Positions 39,901 through 47,941 of a stretch of 64,000 nt of DNA are shown here, piece after piece. The notes beneath the pieces are model-generated. The model had not been told where the DNA came from and made no database searches. It saw nothing but the letters and a program-made list of their open reading frames with translations. The stretch lies in the sequence record NC_048173.1. One strand, 5' to 3'. The position numbers and the translations under genes were made by a program. Each line of letters begins with the position of its first letter. Position 1 is the first letter of the stretch.

Positions 39901-41065
39901 TGACTCACTTATCGACGATGACAAACGTTGGAACTTCGTGAATATCCAAATGGGGTCTGCACAAGCTGCAGAGGGGCACGTAGTTACTCCTTACCAAACC
40001 GGTCAGGGGAAACTTGTGGCACACCGTACCTCAACCAAACATGCACGCATTCTGGACAAAGACGCAACGGTGTTAGACGTAACGCCTGATGCGATTCGCG
40101 TTCGTTATGCCGACAAGACTGAAGAGTCGTTCCCACTAGGACGCTGGTTCGGAGCACACGAAGGTCAACTCTATCCGCATGACATGGTTACCAATTGGAA
40201 GAAGGGCGACAAGCTCAAAGCCAAAACCGTGATGACGTACAACAGCAAACACTTTGCCCCGGACTACTATAACCCGACGCAAGTCAACTGGAAGAATGGC
40301 GCTTTGGCGACCGTCGTTCTGATAGAGGGTGAAGAGACGTACGAGGACTCCAACGCAATTGACAGTACCATTGCGAAGCAGTTAGAGGCAGAGACAACCA
40401 AACCGAAGGAAGTGGTCATCGGCTTTAACCAGAACATCCTTGAGGTTATCAAAGAGGGCAGTGAGGTGGACATCGATACCATCCTATGCACCTTTAGCGA
40501 CAACCTGTCTGGCGATATGGAGAACTTCTCAGAAGAGTCCGCAGCGACGCTGCATGACTTGAGTGCATTTGCACCGCGTGCTGGCGTGCGTGGTCGAGTG
40601 GACAAAATCGAGATTGTCTATCACGGCGAAATCGAAGAGATGTCTCCGTCTGTCGGTGAGCAGGTTCGTAAGTACGACCGGATACGCAAACGGGAAGCTG
40701 CGGCTTCGAATGAAGAGCTGACCTCCACTGGCGCGGTAACAGGCGATTACCGTGTTGATGGTGTTCCACTGGCGTATCAGTCTGTCTGTGTGAAATTCTA
40801 CATCTCGCATTTAACGGAGATGGCAGCAGGCGATAAAGCGGTGGTAGCGAACCAGCTGAAAACCACGGTGCAGTATCGCATGGTCGGCACGAACGAAACT
40901 TATTCAGGTCGTCCTATCAACGTGTACTTTGGCCGTAACTCGGTTGAAGCACGTATCGTGGGCTCGCTCTACAACATCGGTACGTCGAACTTCATTGCTG
41001 TTGAAAGCGGGAAGAACGTGCTGAAGATTCTTGCCGGGGAGAATATCCCACTGCTGAGAATGTAA
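36908..41065 (+). CDS. rpoB: Virion RNA polymerase beta subunit N-terminal piece (phiKZ gp178-like)
   Basis: 1385 aa; GGTGGR, DNGDVGI, sandwich-barrel-hybrid motifs, YEDSNAI, GDK..VANQLKT, GRNS..AR. Confidence 0.92.
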   Translation: MLLIKQFNRMFSVRMLQEYGAPRIISLDKLKIPRGSIYHSFDMSGEIAPPQTLPILELEKPAQIRHHAKLAAEGLVGRPIPVPVQGQERTILQYHRNNRQMRRMKSEEVIMKDMRTLLVENYAPILPRYRYADTIFAWYDRLRNLMITMRDQIAEDAAKFPRQNYIMIDVGDTMPAFNRFRNTYADRTNKGKMENFQSWNLLWLLELFAWADGDRDNSLIGQMDMTQLSRINIILTHNQAFTTINLGMLERLRDGDKGKLSDDQMARRFYRTVVAVMTQPPIQNIDTDFVTPLGDELHVERHDPAEDITPIQDLDDSELEAEIARFDQQMFDAEEEVKVSKPKEDQKPTTIVVEKAISHDAIIQQELDKLAEAGRLSAKAYQVLKEAPGKFKQLPNPYNPKETYGDALVIKDEELEVVPEVVFKDATLVEDSWVENTTDEMIRRYNKTMLPKDILGAVASSQRLGLVIHDHRVEKEYAVTGNVEHHSLRIQPVGGEPTTVHFSMPILDRDGNWRANGVDYTMRRQRVDIPIRKVAHDTVALTTAYGKNFVTRSEKVVNDYGRWLTNEVVIRAIDIKDTHISDARLANVFDPAYVLPKQYTMMARRVATFNSMGYMWNFDVKKMDEFFGKEIMADMAKKKLTPVAKGKAGQIAMDDQSQLYIVKGDKVEAQGTLTDLLAIDATKAPKEVSELSLMGKSISLGFVFSYYLGLTGMLKHFGVRYEVLPPGQRLDKSEYDMIIRLADAKIVVMCDSDQQRMVVNGMDKYLKHMTTYTESEMEREDVYLNLLMEGDKLTARYVNELTLMRKGFVDDMHARILRRMGEPETFIGLLERANEMLTNDHTKPEINGEEMMFVGNARLAYHLYGALAKANRNYLNAPVSQRRFELPNELVWGAINSDPSVLVTQGANPIQSIKEKDVITMGGTGGRDRKTMVKHTRAFTKSDLGVVSGDTVDNGDVGITSFLSANPQFATVDGLTKPRELDGQPIGSLMSFCVGLAPDSLIDDDKRWNFVNIQMGSAQAAEGHVVTPYQTGQGKLVAHRTSTKHARILDKDATVLDVTPDAIRVRYADKTEESFPLGRWFGAHEGQLYPHDMVTNWKKGDKLKAKTVMTYNSKHFAPDYYNPTQVNWKNGALATVVLIEGEETYEDSNAIDSTIAKQLEAETTKPKEVVIGFNQNILEVIKEGSEVDIDTILCTFSDNLSGDMENFSEESAATLHDLSAFAPRAGVRGRVDKIEIVYHGEIEEMSPSVGEQVRKYDRIRKREAAASNEELTSTGAVTGDYRVDGVPLAYQSVCVKFYISHLTEMAAGDKAVVANQLKTTVQYRMVGTNETYSGRPINVYFGRNSVEARIVGSLYNIGTSNFIAVESGKNVLKILAGENIPLLRM

Positions 41066-41070
41066 ACCAC

Positions 41071-41093
41071 CCTGCCGGGTCGCTCCCGGCAGG
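41071..41093 (+). other. Hairpin without U-tract
   Basis: CCTGCCGGG-TCGCT-CCCGGCAGG between co-oriented genes. Confidence 0.65.
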
Positions 41094-41116
41094 TTATCTA
41101 ACTTCCGGAGTTAACC

Positions 41117-41407
41117 ATGGATATTATTCAACAGATTAAACTGCGTTCGGGTCAGGCAGCGTCTAACCCGCAGCAGACTACGGACACCGCAAGCTACAAC
41201 CCTAAGATGCGTTTGAACTATCTCACCATGGCCAACGCCGTTGAGTTGTCAACCGAAATCATTGCCGCGGTTATCAAAAGCAGCAATGGGGTCAGTGGTG
41301 AAGTGGGCGGCGCGCGTTTACTTAAGCGCGATATCGCGGATATGACAGCAGCACGCATGGCAGCACGTCTGTCGGAAGCAGCGGCATCCAAAGGGGATAA
41401 CCAATAA
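41117..41407 (+). CDS. Small putative virion protein
   Basis: GGAG RBS; lies in the vRNAP/head operon. Confidence 0.7.
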   Translation: MDIIQQIKLRSGQAASNPQQTTDTASYNPKMRLNYLTMANAVELSTEIIAAVIKSSNGVSGEVGGARLLKRDIADMTAARMAARLSEAAASKGDNQ

Positions 41408-42849
41408 TGATTAACGTCTACTCTTTTAATGCCATTACGCAAGCGATGGACGTCGCGAAGGCAAACAATTTGAAAGTAGTGACCTGTCAGGACAGCCCGG
41501 TTGATTTACTGAACCGTGCTGCGTCTGGCCCGTCTCTGCTGAACGCTGGCATTACCGATGAAGAGTTTATTCATCGTCTGCCGGACGAGCTGAAAATCGG
41601 CGCTATCCTCGGCGAAGGGAAAGAAGTGGCTTTCGTTAAAGACGGTGCCCACTCTTCGCTCGTGCCGATTAGCGAACACGAGATGACGCTGAAAGAGCTG
41701 GTGAAAATGGCGAGCGGCCGTATTGCCGGTCTGCTGGACTTCTCCCGTAACGTGGCACAACCGTTTATCCGTTCTGTGATTGAACAGATTAACGAGCCGG
41801 CCCCTACTGAAGTAGTAGAGGAGTGGTCTCTGGTGCCTATCGCGCTGGACTCTATCTTTGATGCCCCGGTCGTACAGGGTATGCTGAAATCCGTTCCGAA
41901 CCTGCAAGTGGCGAGCTATGAGTACGATCGTTTAGACGGTCTGCAAGTGCCGGCTAACCTGCCAGTGCCAGTGACCGGCTCTAAAGCGTACGATGACCTG
42001 ATTGTCATCCTGCTGAACGACCTGAAAGTGACCCCGGCTGAACTGATGACGCAGGCCATTGCCGGTTGCGGCATGAACCCGTTCCGCCCTGAAGCATGGC
42101 GTGTGGTCAAAGAGCGTGTAGCCACCATGTTGCTGGCGGCGTACTACGTGGAAAACCCGTGGGTTGATTCCGGCATCACGTCGACCAAGTGGGATCTGTA
42201 CCTGCCGCGCGTTTCCGTCGCGAATATCGCCTGGCTGATGACTTACCTGAACCAGTTGAACGATAAAGTGAAAGCTGGTCAGACCGTGCTCTCTATCGAT
42301 GGCGATAGCATGAACGTGTACGTGTGTCAGGAAGTCTACTCCGTGTACGTCGAGCAAGGCGGTTGCGCAGAAGCCCTGCTGGGCGCGGTGTACTCGCAGG
42401 AAGACGAAGACGGTGGCCCGGTTTCCACTAACGCCACCTACCTGCTGGAAAACCAGAACCAGCTGGTCTCTGCATGGTCACGTCGCAGCGCAGTCAGCAA
42501 AGCAGCACAGGAAACCGACTGGGTTAACCTGCACCGTACCAACCTGAAGAACTCGTTCTATCAACAGATTGGAGCGGCGGAACAAGGTCATCTGGGCTTC
42601 CCGGCCGACGTGGCACGTAAACAGTGCTCTGAGTCCATCGACAAGTGCTTCGGTCGTCAGACGACGGACATCACCGAGTTTGCCATTGAAGTGGCGGCGC
42701 GCGATGTGTTCGGTGACGAGTCGGTAGGCCGTATCCTCAAAGCGATTCACCGTGGCATGAAAGACGGCGTTGAGCCGGATGTGGCTGCGCGTGATGAAGT
42801 GGTTGAGTACGTACTGGACTGGGTACTGGGTAGCCTGTATTTAGAATAA
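41407..42849 (+). CDS. Putative head structural protein (phiKZ gp177-like)
   Basis: 480 aa; synteny between vRNAP beta and the beta'C/protease genes. Confidence 0.65.
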   Translation: MINVYSFNAITQAMDVAKANNLKVVTCQDSPVDLLNRAASGPSLLNAGITDEEFIHRLPDELKIGAILGEGKEVAFVKDGAHSSLVPISEHEMTLKELVKMASGRIAGLLDFSRNVAQPFIRSVIEQINEPAPTEVVEEWSLVPIALDSIFDAPVVQGMLKSVPNLQVASYEYDRLDGLQVPANLPVPVTGSKAYDDLIVILLNDLKVTPAELMTQAIAGCGMNPFRPEAWRVVKERVATMLLAAYYVENPWVDSGITSTKWDLYLPRVSVANIAWLMTYLNQLNDKVKAGQTVLSIDGDSMNVYVCQEVYSVYVEQGGCAEALLGAVYSQEDEDGGPVSTNATYLLENQNQLVSAWSRRSAVSKAAQETDWVNLHRTNLKNSFYQQIGAAEQGHLGFPADVARKQCSESIDKCFGRQTTDITEFAIEVAARDVFGDESVGRILKAIHRGMKDGVEPDVAARDEVVEYVLDWVLGSLYLE

Positions 42850-42859
42850 GGAAGAGAGA

Positions 42860-43582
42860 ATGAACGCCATTGAAACAGCTTCGCGTGACCCGAAGAAGGT
42901 GCATGCGGATTTAGTAGACCGGGATAACATGACCCTCACCAAAGGGGGTTGTTACATCTACATTCCGGTTGGGTTTGCATCGAAAGAGATGGCGTTCATC
43001 TCTTCTGAAGTTCTTATCATGGGGTTGTTTGCCATCTCCACTGACCGTAAAACATACGGCGTCTCCAACGTTACGACGTTGATTGAAATTACCCCCACCA
43101 CATTTGAACAGGTGGATTTATTTGGGGAGCCGTATTACGAGTTTCGATTTGACCCGGGCACTGTGGTGTTCCCGAACCGGATGCTTTCTTGCTTACCCGG
43201 TCACGTGTACAACATTGTCTCGTATCTGTACGATTACGGGAATGTGCCTTTTTGGATGAATGCTGTCGACCACGCCGAATTACTTGCCGATGTGCCGTTG
43301 TGGAATACGTTTAAAGTGTTCAACGACCAAATAGACCGCGACGTTTACGCCGCCCACATCCAACGTAATCCTAAAAACGTCCGTGAGTTTTTCCGCGCCA
43401 GTCTGAAAAAGGATAGCGATATTTATAACCCGGTGCAATTCATTCCTCTACGTGACGGTTCTTTGAACAAAACGTCTCGGCTGGCGAAACTGTCCGACAC
43501 GGAACTCCGCCGTGGTATCCGGTCAGCCTTAACCAACGACCCGGTTCGTGCCGAGCCGCTCGAAGACATCTTTATGCGATAA
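42860..43582 (+). CDS. Probable virion RNA polymerase beta' C-terminal piece (phiKZ gp176-like)
   Basis: Immediately upstream of the prohead protease as in phiKZ/SPN3US; C-terminal SRLAKL....L..GI..AL....E..EPLE resembles the beta' C-terminal region. Confidence 0.7.
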   Translation: MNAIETASRDPKKVHADLVDRDNMTLTKGGCYIYIPVGFASKEMAFISSEVLIMGLFAISTDRKTYGVSNVTTLIEITPTTFEQVDLFGEPYYEFRFDPGTVVFPNRMLSCLPGHVYNIVSYLYDYGNVPFWMNAVDHAELLADVPLWNTFKVFNDQIDRDVYAAHIQRNPKNVREFFRASLKKDSDIYNPVQFIPLRDGSLNKTSRLAKLSDTELRRGIRSALTNDPVRAEPLEDIFMR

Positions 43583-43597
43583 AATTTGGAGGATTGC

Positions 43598-44401
43598 ATG
43601 GAAAATATGACGTTGCGCTATAACTGCGTAGCGCTGGCCGGGGTCAACAACCCTCAGCAACTGCAGCGTGATGGGGATTACTACCGCGTGCTGTTAGGCG
43701 CACTGAACGTGTTCAACTCTGAGAACATCTTCTACACCTACAACGAATCGAAACACGTGTTCGAGCGTTCCAGTGTGTTCATGCGCAAGATTGCTGCCGG
43801 TAACCTGTTCGGGGAGTGTGACCACCCGGAATGGGCACAGGGTATGACCGAAGCCGAATTCATGGAGCGCAATGAGTGGATTGAAATCACCAACACGGCG
43901 TTCCATATTCGCGACGTGGATGTCATCACGACCGATGAGATGTGCAATGGCCAGCCGGTCGTGGAAATCTGGGGATGGATTAAACCAGAAGACAACGACC
44001 TCGGTCGTCGCCTGCGCGCCGGTCTGGACAACCCGCACCAAAACGTGTGCTTCTCTCTGCGTGCGATTGTACGCCAGGGGGTCATCGGTGGCGTACGTAC
44101 TCGTCGTATCGATAAGCTGGTCACCTTTGACTGGGTTATTGAAGACGGGCTGCGTATCTGTAACAAATACTCCAGCATGGTTCGTGGGTCTACTGTTGCG
44201 CAAGAGTCTACGCGTACGTATATCGACCGCCCAGTGAGTCGTGAAGCGTGTGAGCAATTGATTGCCACGGGTGCCCGACAACTGGCTGTCGCTACGGAGT
44301 CCCGCCGTGCGTCGGTGGTGAGCTCAGCGCGAGAGTACCTCAAAACGATTGACAGTCGTCCTACGGTGAAACATGTTGGCATGGGAGCGAGGGCTTGGTA
44401 A
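43598..44401 (+). CDS. Prohead (head maturation) serine protease (phiKZ gp175-like)
   Basis: GECDHP (His), FSLRA (Ser), VTFDWVIE (Asp); C-terminal AQE/ATE candidate autocleavage sites. Confidence 0.88.
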   Translation: MENMTLRYNCVALAGVNNPQQLQRDGDYYRVLLGALNVFNSENIFYTYNESKHVFERSSVFMRKIAAGNLFGECDHPEWAQGMTEAEFMERNEWIEITNTAFHIRDVDVITTDEMCNGQPVVEIWGWIKPEDNDLGRRLRAGLDNPHQNVCFSLRAIVRQGVIGGVRTRRIDKLVTFDWVIEDGLRICNKYSSMVRGSTVAQESTRTYIDRPVSREACEQLIATGARQLAVATESRRASVVSSAREYLKTIDSRPTVKHVGMGARAW

Positions 44402-45016
44402 ATGGCGTTGTTATCGTCGTTGGAATTATGGCGTAACGGACAGAATCCCAAGCTTTACTCGCGATTGCGGCCTCGCGGGATTGAGACCGCACCTTTGCAC
44501 ATCAGTGCAAACCCTGTTCGTAAATTTATACCTCGTATTCCGTTGTCCTGTGCGCCGGGCGAAGACCAAACGGTCGCTCGTGTCTGTTGTGCATTATCGT
44601 TGGAGAACTGTTTCAAGGGTGCAGCCTGGAATTTCAAAGGAGTCCCTCCGAAGAGATTCCACGTGTATGGTTTCAATGAAGACGCGGTGATTGACCCCAC
44701 CCCGACTCTGACTCAGGAACCGTCTCGGAACGGTGAGGTTTGGATTGTGCCTCACCGTTTATCGAATTGGGATTTAACACCAGAAGCCGTAGGGCAGATG
44801 CGCTTGCATTCGCATACGGAAAATTTGGGTCGCTTTACTTACATCTTGCAGACTTACACGGATGTGATTCTCAATGATGAACAGACCCTCGGCGCGGGGT
44901 GGTGGAAAATCGTTGTCCATTTCAATGGCAATAACGGTATAACCCTATCTTACGACGGGGAATCAAACAGTAATGAATTTGGTAACGCGGCAAATGTTTA
45001 TTCGGTCATTAGCTAG
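44402..45016 (+). CDS. Hypothetical protein, candidate ADP-ribosyltransferase fold
   Basis: LHIS....FIPRIP...ED.T..RVCCALSLENC...FHVY...GEVWI pattern; start codon directly follows the protease stop. Confidence 0.5.
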   Translation: MALLSSLELWRNGQNPKLYSRLRPRGIETAPLHISANPVRKFIPRIPLSCAPGEDQTVARVCCALSLENCFKGAAWNFKGVPPKRFHVYGFNEDAVIDPTPTLTQEPSRNGEVWIVPHRLSNWDLTPEAVGQMRLHSHTENLGRFTYILQTYTDVILNDEQTLGAGWWKIVVHFNGNNGITLSYDGESNSNEFGNAANVYSVIS

Positions 45017-45069
45017 GCTCATCTGGAGCGGTATTCGCGGTCTGCACCCCTTGAATACAGGAGTCCTCC

Positions 45070-45366
45070 ATGAAATCAGTGAACATCGAGATACCTCCAA
45101 CTTTGCGCACGCTTACGACTAGTGAACTGGAGAGTTTGGTTATCCACACGGTCAACGGTCGAGCCGGGAAGCCGGTTTTAAGTGAAATCCTGAGTGAGCG
45201 ATTCGACACCAAACGAAAAGTAAACTCAGCAGTCAACCATCTCGCACAGGACGAGCTGATTAAGTTCTATTGTGATGTGGATGCTGCGAAAGCCAAGATT
45301 GACTTCGGAAGAGGTTACTTCTTGTTGACTGAGCCGCACCGGAGTTTTTTCGCTATTAAGCAGTAA
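45070..45366 (+). CDS. Small protein, possible winged-helix
   Basis: GGAG RBS; helix-helix-strand pattern (VNSAVNHLAQDELIKF). Confidence 0.6.
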   Translation: MKSVNIEIPPTLRTLTTSELESLVIHTVNGRAGKPVLSEILSERFDTKRKVNSAVNHLAQDELIKFYCDVDAAKAKIDFGRGYFLLTEPHRSFFAIKQ

Positions 45367-45372
45367 GTGAAT

Positions 45373-45408
45373 TACCCTCCTTCGGGAGGGTATTCCATTT
45401 TCTTTTTT
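45373..45408 (+). terminator. Intrinsic terminator
   Basis: TACCCTCC-TTCG-GGAGGGTA plus T-tract. Confidence 0.8.
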
Positions 45409-45450
45409 CACATGGATTCCTAGGTATGTAGATTACACCTGTTTAGGAAT

Positions 45451-46008
45451 ATGAAAAAGATGATACACTTGGACTGCGATGGCGTAATTGCCGACTGGCG
45501 TTTGTATATGGAAACGCACCATTTTAAAGAATTCACTGTGGCGCAATTTAATGCAATGGACCCGTGCCGTCGTAGCACTATCCTGCAAGAAGTGTACCGC
45601 AAAGACAAAGACCTGTTCGCCAAACTGCCGGTAATTCCGAAGATTGGCCGTCTCATTTATCACCTGAACAAAACAGGTGAGCCGTGGGGCATTCTGACGT
45701 CGGCTGGGGAAGACCATCCGGATTATAACCATGCCGCAGAGTCAAAGCGTCAGTGGCTGTATAACCGTTTCGGTATTCCCCGTCACAATGTTATCGTGAC
45801 CGAGAACTCCCATCAGAAAGTACAGTACGCTGACCCGGAGTCGTTATTGATTGATGATTTTGGCCGTAACTGCCGGGAATGGGTAGAGGCAGGCGGTAAA
45901 GCAATTTGGGTACATACCGGTGCGCCTAACGTAGACGCCGTCATTGACGCTGTGGACGACTTTATCCACGACCGTGCCATGTTTACTGAATCCCTGATTA
46001 GCGTCTGA
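45451..46008 (+). CDS. HAD-superfamily 5'(3')-deoxyribonucleotidase-like phosphatase
   Basis: HLDCDGVIADW (motif I), ILTS (II), K (III), LLIDD...N..EW...GG (IV). Confidence 0.88.
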   Translation: MKKMIHLDCDGVIADWRLYMETHHFKEFTVAQFNAMDPCRRSTILQEVYRKDKDLFAKLPVIPKIGRLIYHLNKTGEPWGILTSAGEDHPDYNHAAESKRQWLYNRFGIPRHNVIVTENSHQKVQYADPESLLIDDFGRNCREWVEAGGKAIWVHTGAPNVDAVIDAVDDFIHDRAMFTESLISV

Positions 46009-46047
46009 TACACGCGCCTACGCTTCGGCGTAGGCTGTATTATTTTT
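46009..46047 (+). terminator. Intrinsic terminator
   Basis: GCCTACGC-TTCG-GCGTAGGC plus T-tract. Confidence 0.8.
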
Positions 46048-46069
46048 CACAAATATATCATCTTTTATG
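46041..46069 (+). promoter_or_regulatory. Early promoter motif
   Basis: TATTTTTCACAAATATATCATCTTTTATG. Confidence 0.6.
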
Positions 46070-46096
46070 ATAACCCCCATTTAGATAGGAATAAGG

Positions 46097-46765
46097 ATGT
46101 CAAGTTTACGTCAGCGAATACTTGATGATGTGGCTGAGTATTATCAACACACTGACCCCGCTCACCGCATAGATCACATTGTGAAGACCATGAACAACGC
46201 AGAGATTCTTTTCGATAAACTGAATCTGCGCCACGATAAAGCATTGATGAAGAAAGTTCTCATTGCGATTGGTTATCACGACGTCTGGTCACAGAACCGT
46301 AAGTATCACCATGTCGATGCGTATTTAGAAGTCTGTAAGCACACGCGTCGTATTCAGGAACATTACGGCATCTCGCAAGAGGATGTCTGGAGGATTGCCC
46401 ATGCCTGCTTGGAACATCGCGCGTCGTTCAAAGGGAAGTACGACTCGATTATCTCGGAGATTACAGCGGCGGCTGACCGCGGCATCCCGAGCTTTGACGT
46501 CGCTTCGCTCTTCTACCGCTCCTATGTCTACGCCCGTGGCATCGGCAAAGTAAGGGAGCTTGCGAAGATACATTGTGTTCAGCACATCAAAGAGAAATAC
46601 GGTGATGGTGGATACGGGGCCGTACCTGCGTGGTACAATGAAAAGTTTGCAGCAGAGTTAGCCCAACGCAAAGTTCTTATTGCTGACTTTACTGTAAACG
46701 ATTTAGACGATAATAAGCTGGATGCGTTAGAAGATGTGATAGCTGGATACCAGCCTGCATCCTAA
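46097..46765 (+). CDS. HD-domain phosphohydrolase
   Basis: DPAHRIDH, IGYHDV, EHRAS, AAADRG. Confidence 0.85.
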   Translation: MSSLRQRILDDVAEYYQHTDPAHRIDHIVKTMNNAEILFDKLNLRHDKALMKKVLIAIGYHDVWSQNRKYHHVDAYLEVCKHTRRIQEHYGISQEDVWRIAHACLEHRASFKGKYDSIISEITAAADRGIPSFDVASLFYRSYVYARGIGKVRELAKIHCVQHIKEKYGDGGYGAVPAWYNEKFAAELAQRKVLIADFTVNDLDDNKLDALEDVIAGYQPAS

Positions 46766-46793
46766 ATAATTTCAGCAATATATTATCATTGTG
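46766..46793 (+). promoter_or_regulatory. Early promoter motif
   Basis: AATAATTTCAGCAATATATTATCATTGTG; shares AAATAATTTCAG with the 1193 site. Confidence 0.7.
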
Positions 46794-46843
46794 AACATTA
46801 CCATCTAATGTTGTAAACCTAAACTATAATTGTGGAGAAAGAC

Positions 46844-47308
46844 ATGTCAACTAAAACTCGTGAAGACCTGATTGTTGAGCGCCTGTTCGGTAAACTGGAA
46901 CTGGACGACAGCAAGAAGCTGGTGCAAGCACCGCTGACTGAGGTCTACACCGCGGCCGTGGCTGAAGACGATCGCGTTAAACACCTGTCGATTGAAGACA
47001 TCCAAAACGTCGGCGAATTCAACCGTGACTTCCTCGGCGCATTCGGGCGCGTAGGTTCTGACTTTATTATTGAGCAGGCCAAAGCTGACGACGATCTGGG
47101 CGCAATGGATTTGACTGCGGATATCGCAGGCAATCTGTTCAGCGTAACCTTCTCCCGTCCGACCGGTGAGAACCCAACTGAAAACGACTGGGCTGCTGCT
47201 TTCGGCCTGGGCATGGGCGTGCCGAAGCCAACGGGCTTCGAAGCTGAACTGCGTAAGAAAACGCGCGATGCCTTCTTCTCATCTGACGAAGATGAAGACG
47301 AAGAGTAA
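46844..47308 (+). CDS. Acidic small protein, probably highly expressed and monocistronic
   Basis: GGAG RBS before ATG 46844; own promoter motif and terminator; ends SSDEDEDEE. Confidence 0.8.
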   Translation: MSTKTREDLIVERLFGKLELDDSKKLVQAPLTEVYTAAVAEDDRVKHLSIEDIQNVGEFNRDFLGAFGRVGSDFIIEQAKADDDLGAMDLTADIAGNLFSVTFSRPTGENPTENDWAAAFGLGMGVPKPTGFEAELRKKTRDAFFSSDEDEDEE

Positions 47309-47322
47309 TCGCCTAAATTCAC

Positions 47323-47349
47323 AAGGGGCCTAGCGCCCCTTATTTTTTT
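47323..47349 (+). terminator. Intrinsic terminator
   Basis: AAGGGGC/GCCCCTT stem plus T-tract. Confidence 0.8.
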
Positions 47350-47362
47350 GTTAGAGGTTACC

Positions 47363-47887
47363 ATGTTCCCTGAAAAGAAAACGTTAACGCTTGAGCAGCG
47401 TGACTTCATCATGCAGCGTTTAGAAGCCATGCTGTATCCGTTGTACACGCAACTGCGCACGGCGGTGATTGATGAGGCATCGTTTGAAGCATTGGCCCGT
47501 GAACCACAGGATGCGATACTGACCACCCCGAACGGTTACGAGCGTTTCCTGACCAACCTGCACAACAACGACCACAAAGGCGGGGCGATTATCTCGGTCA
47601 TTATCAACTTCAAGTCTTCGGCTGTCTTGCAGTTTGGCCGTGACGTACTGGAAGAATTAGAACGTGACTTGTTCCGCTTTACTGTCACCCCGGACGATCT
47701 GAAATCACAAGCCGGGTTGGCTGCGTTCCCAGCTGCTGGTAATCCGTTGAACGTTCAGCGTAACAGCTACCAGCAGTTTGATGCGCTGGCGACCTACCTG
47801 TTCCTGATGTTCCTCAAGTTCTACGTATACGGTCTGAAAATTGACCCGCGTAAAGCTGCGCAGGAAGATGACAAAGATAAAAAATAA
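47363..47887 (+). CDS. Hypothetical protein
   Basis: GAGG RBS before ATG 47363. Confidence 0.75.
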   Translation: MFPEKKTLTLEQRDFIMQRLEAMLYPLYTQLRTAVIDEASFEALAREPQDAILTTPNGYERFLTNLHNNDHKGGAIISVIINFKSSAVLQFGRDVLEELERDLFRFTVTPDDLKSQAGLAAFPAAGNPLNVQRNSYQQFDALATYLFLMFLKFYVYGLKIDPRKAAQEDDKDKK

Positions 47888-47933
47888 AAGAATACCAACC
47901 GACCCCCAACGGGGTCGGAAGGCTTCTTTTTTT
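47881..47933. terminator. Bidirectional terminator
   Basis: CCGACCCC-CAAC-GGGGTCGG flanked by A- and T-tracts between convergent genes. Confidence 0.8.
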
Positions 47934-47941
47934 GTCGCAGA

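Noticed and set aside
43694-44451. Two long antisense ORFs (195 and 237 aa) over the prohead protease
   Set aside because: No RBS, Arg/Ser/Pro-rich shadow composition, and they fully overlap a conserved essential gene.
46811-46830. Sigma70 promoter at TATAAT 46825 (also TATAAT at 62824)
   Set aside because: No -35 element at 16-18 bp spacing; the phage early motif explains the 46844 gene better.
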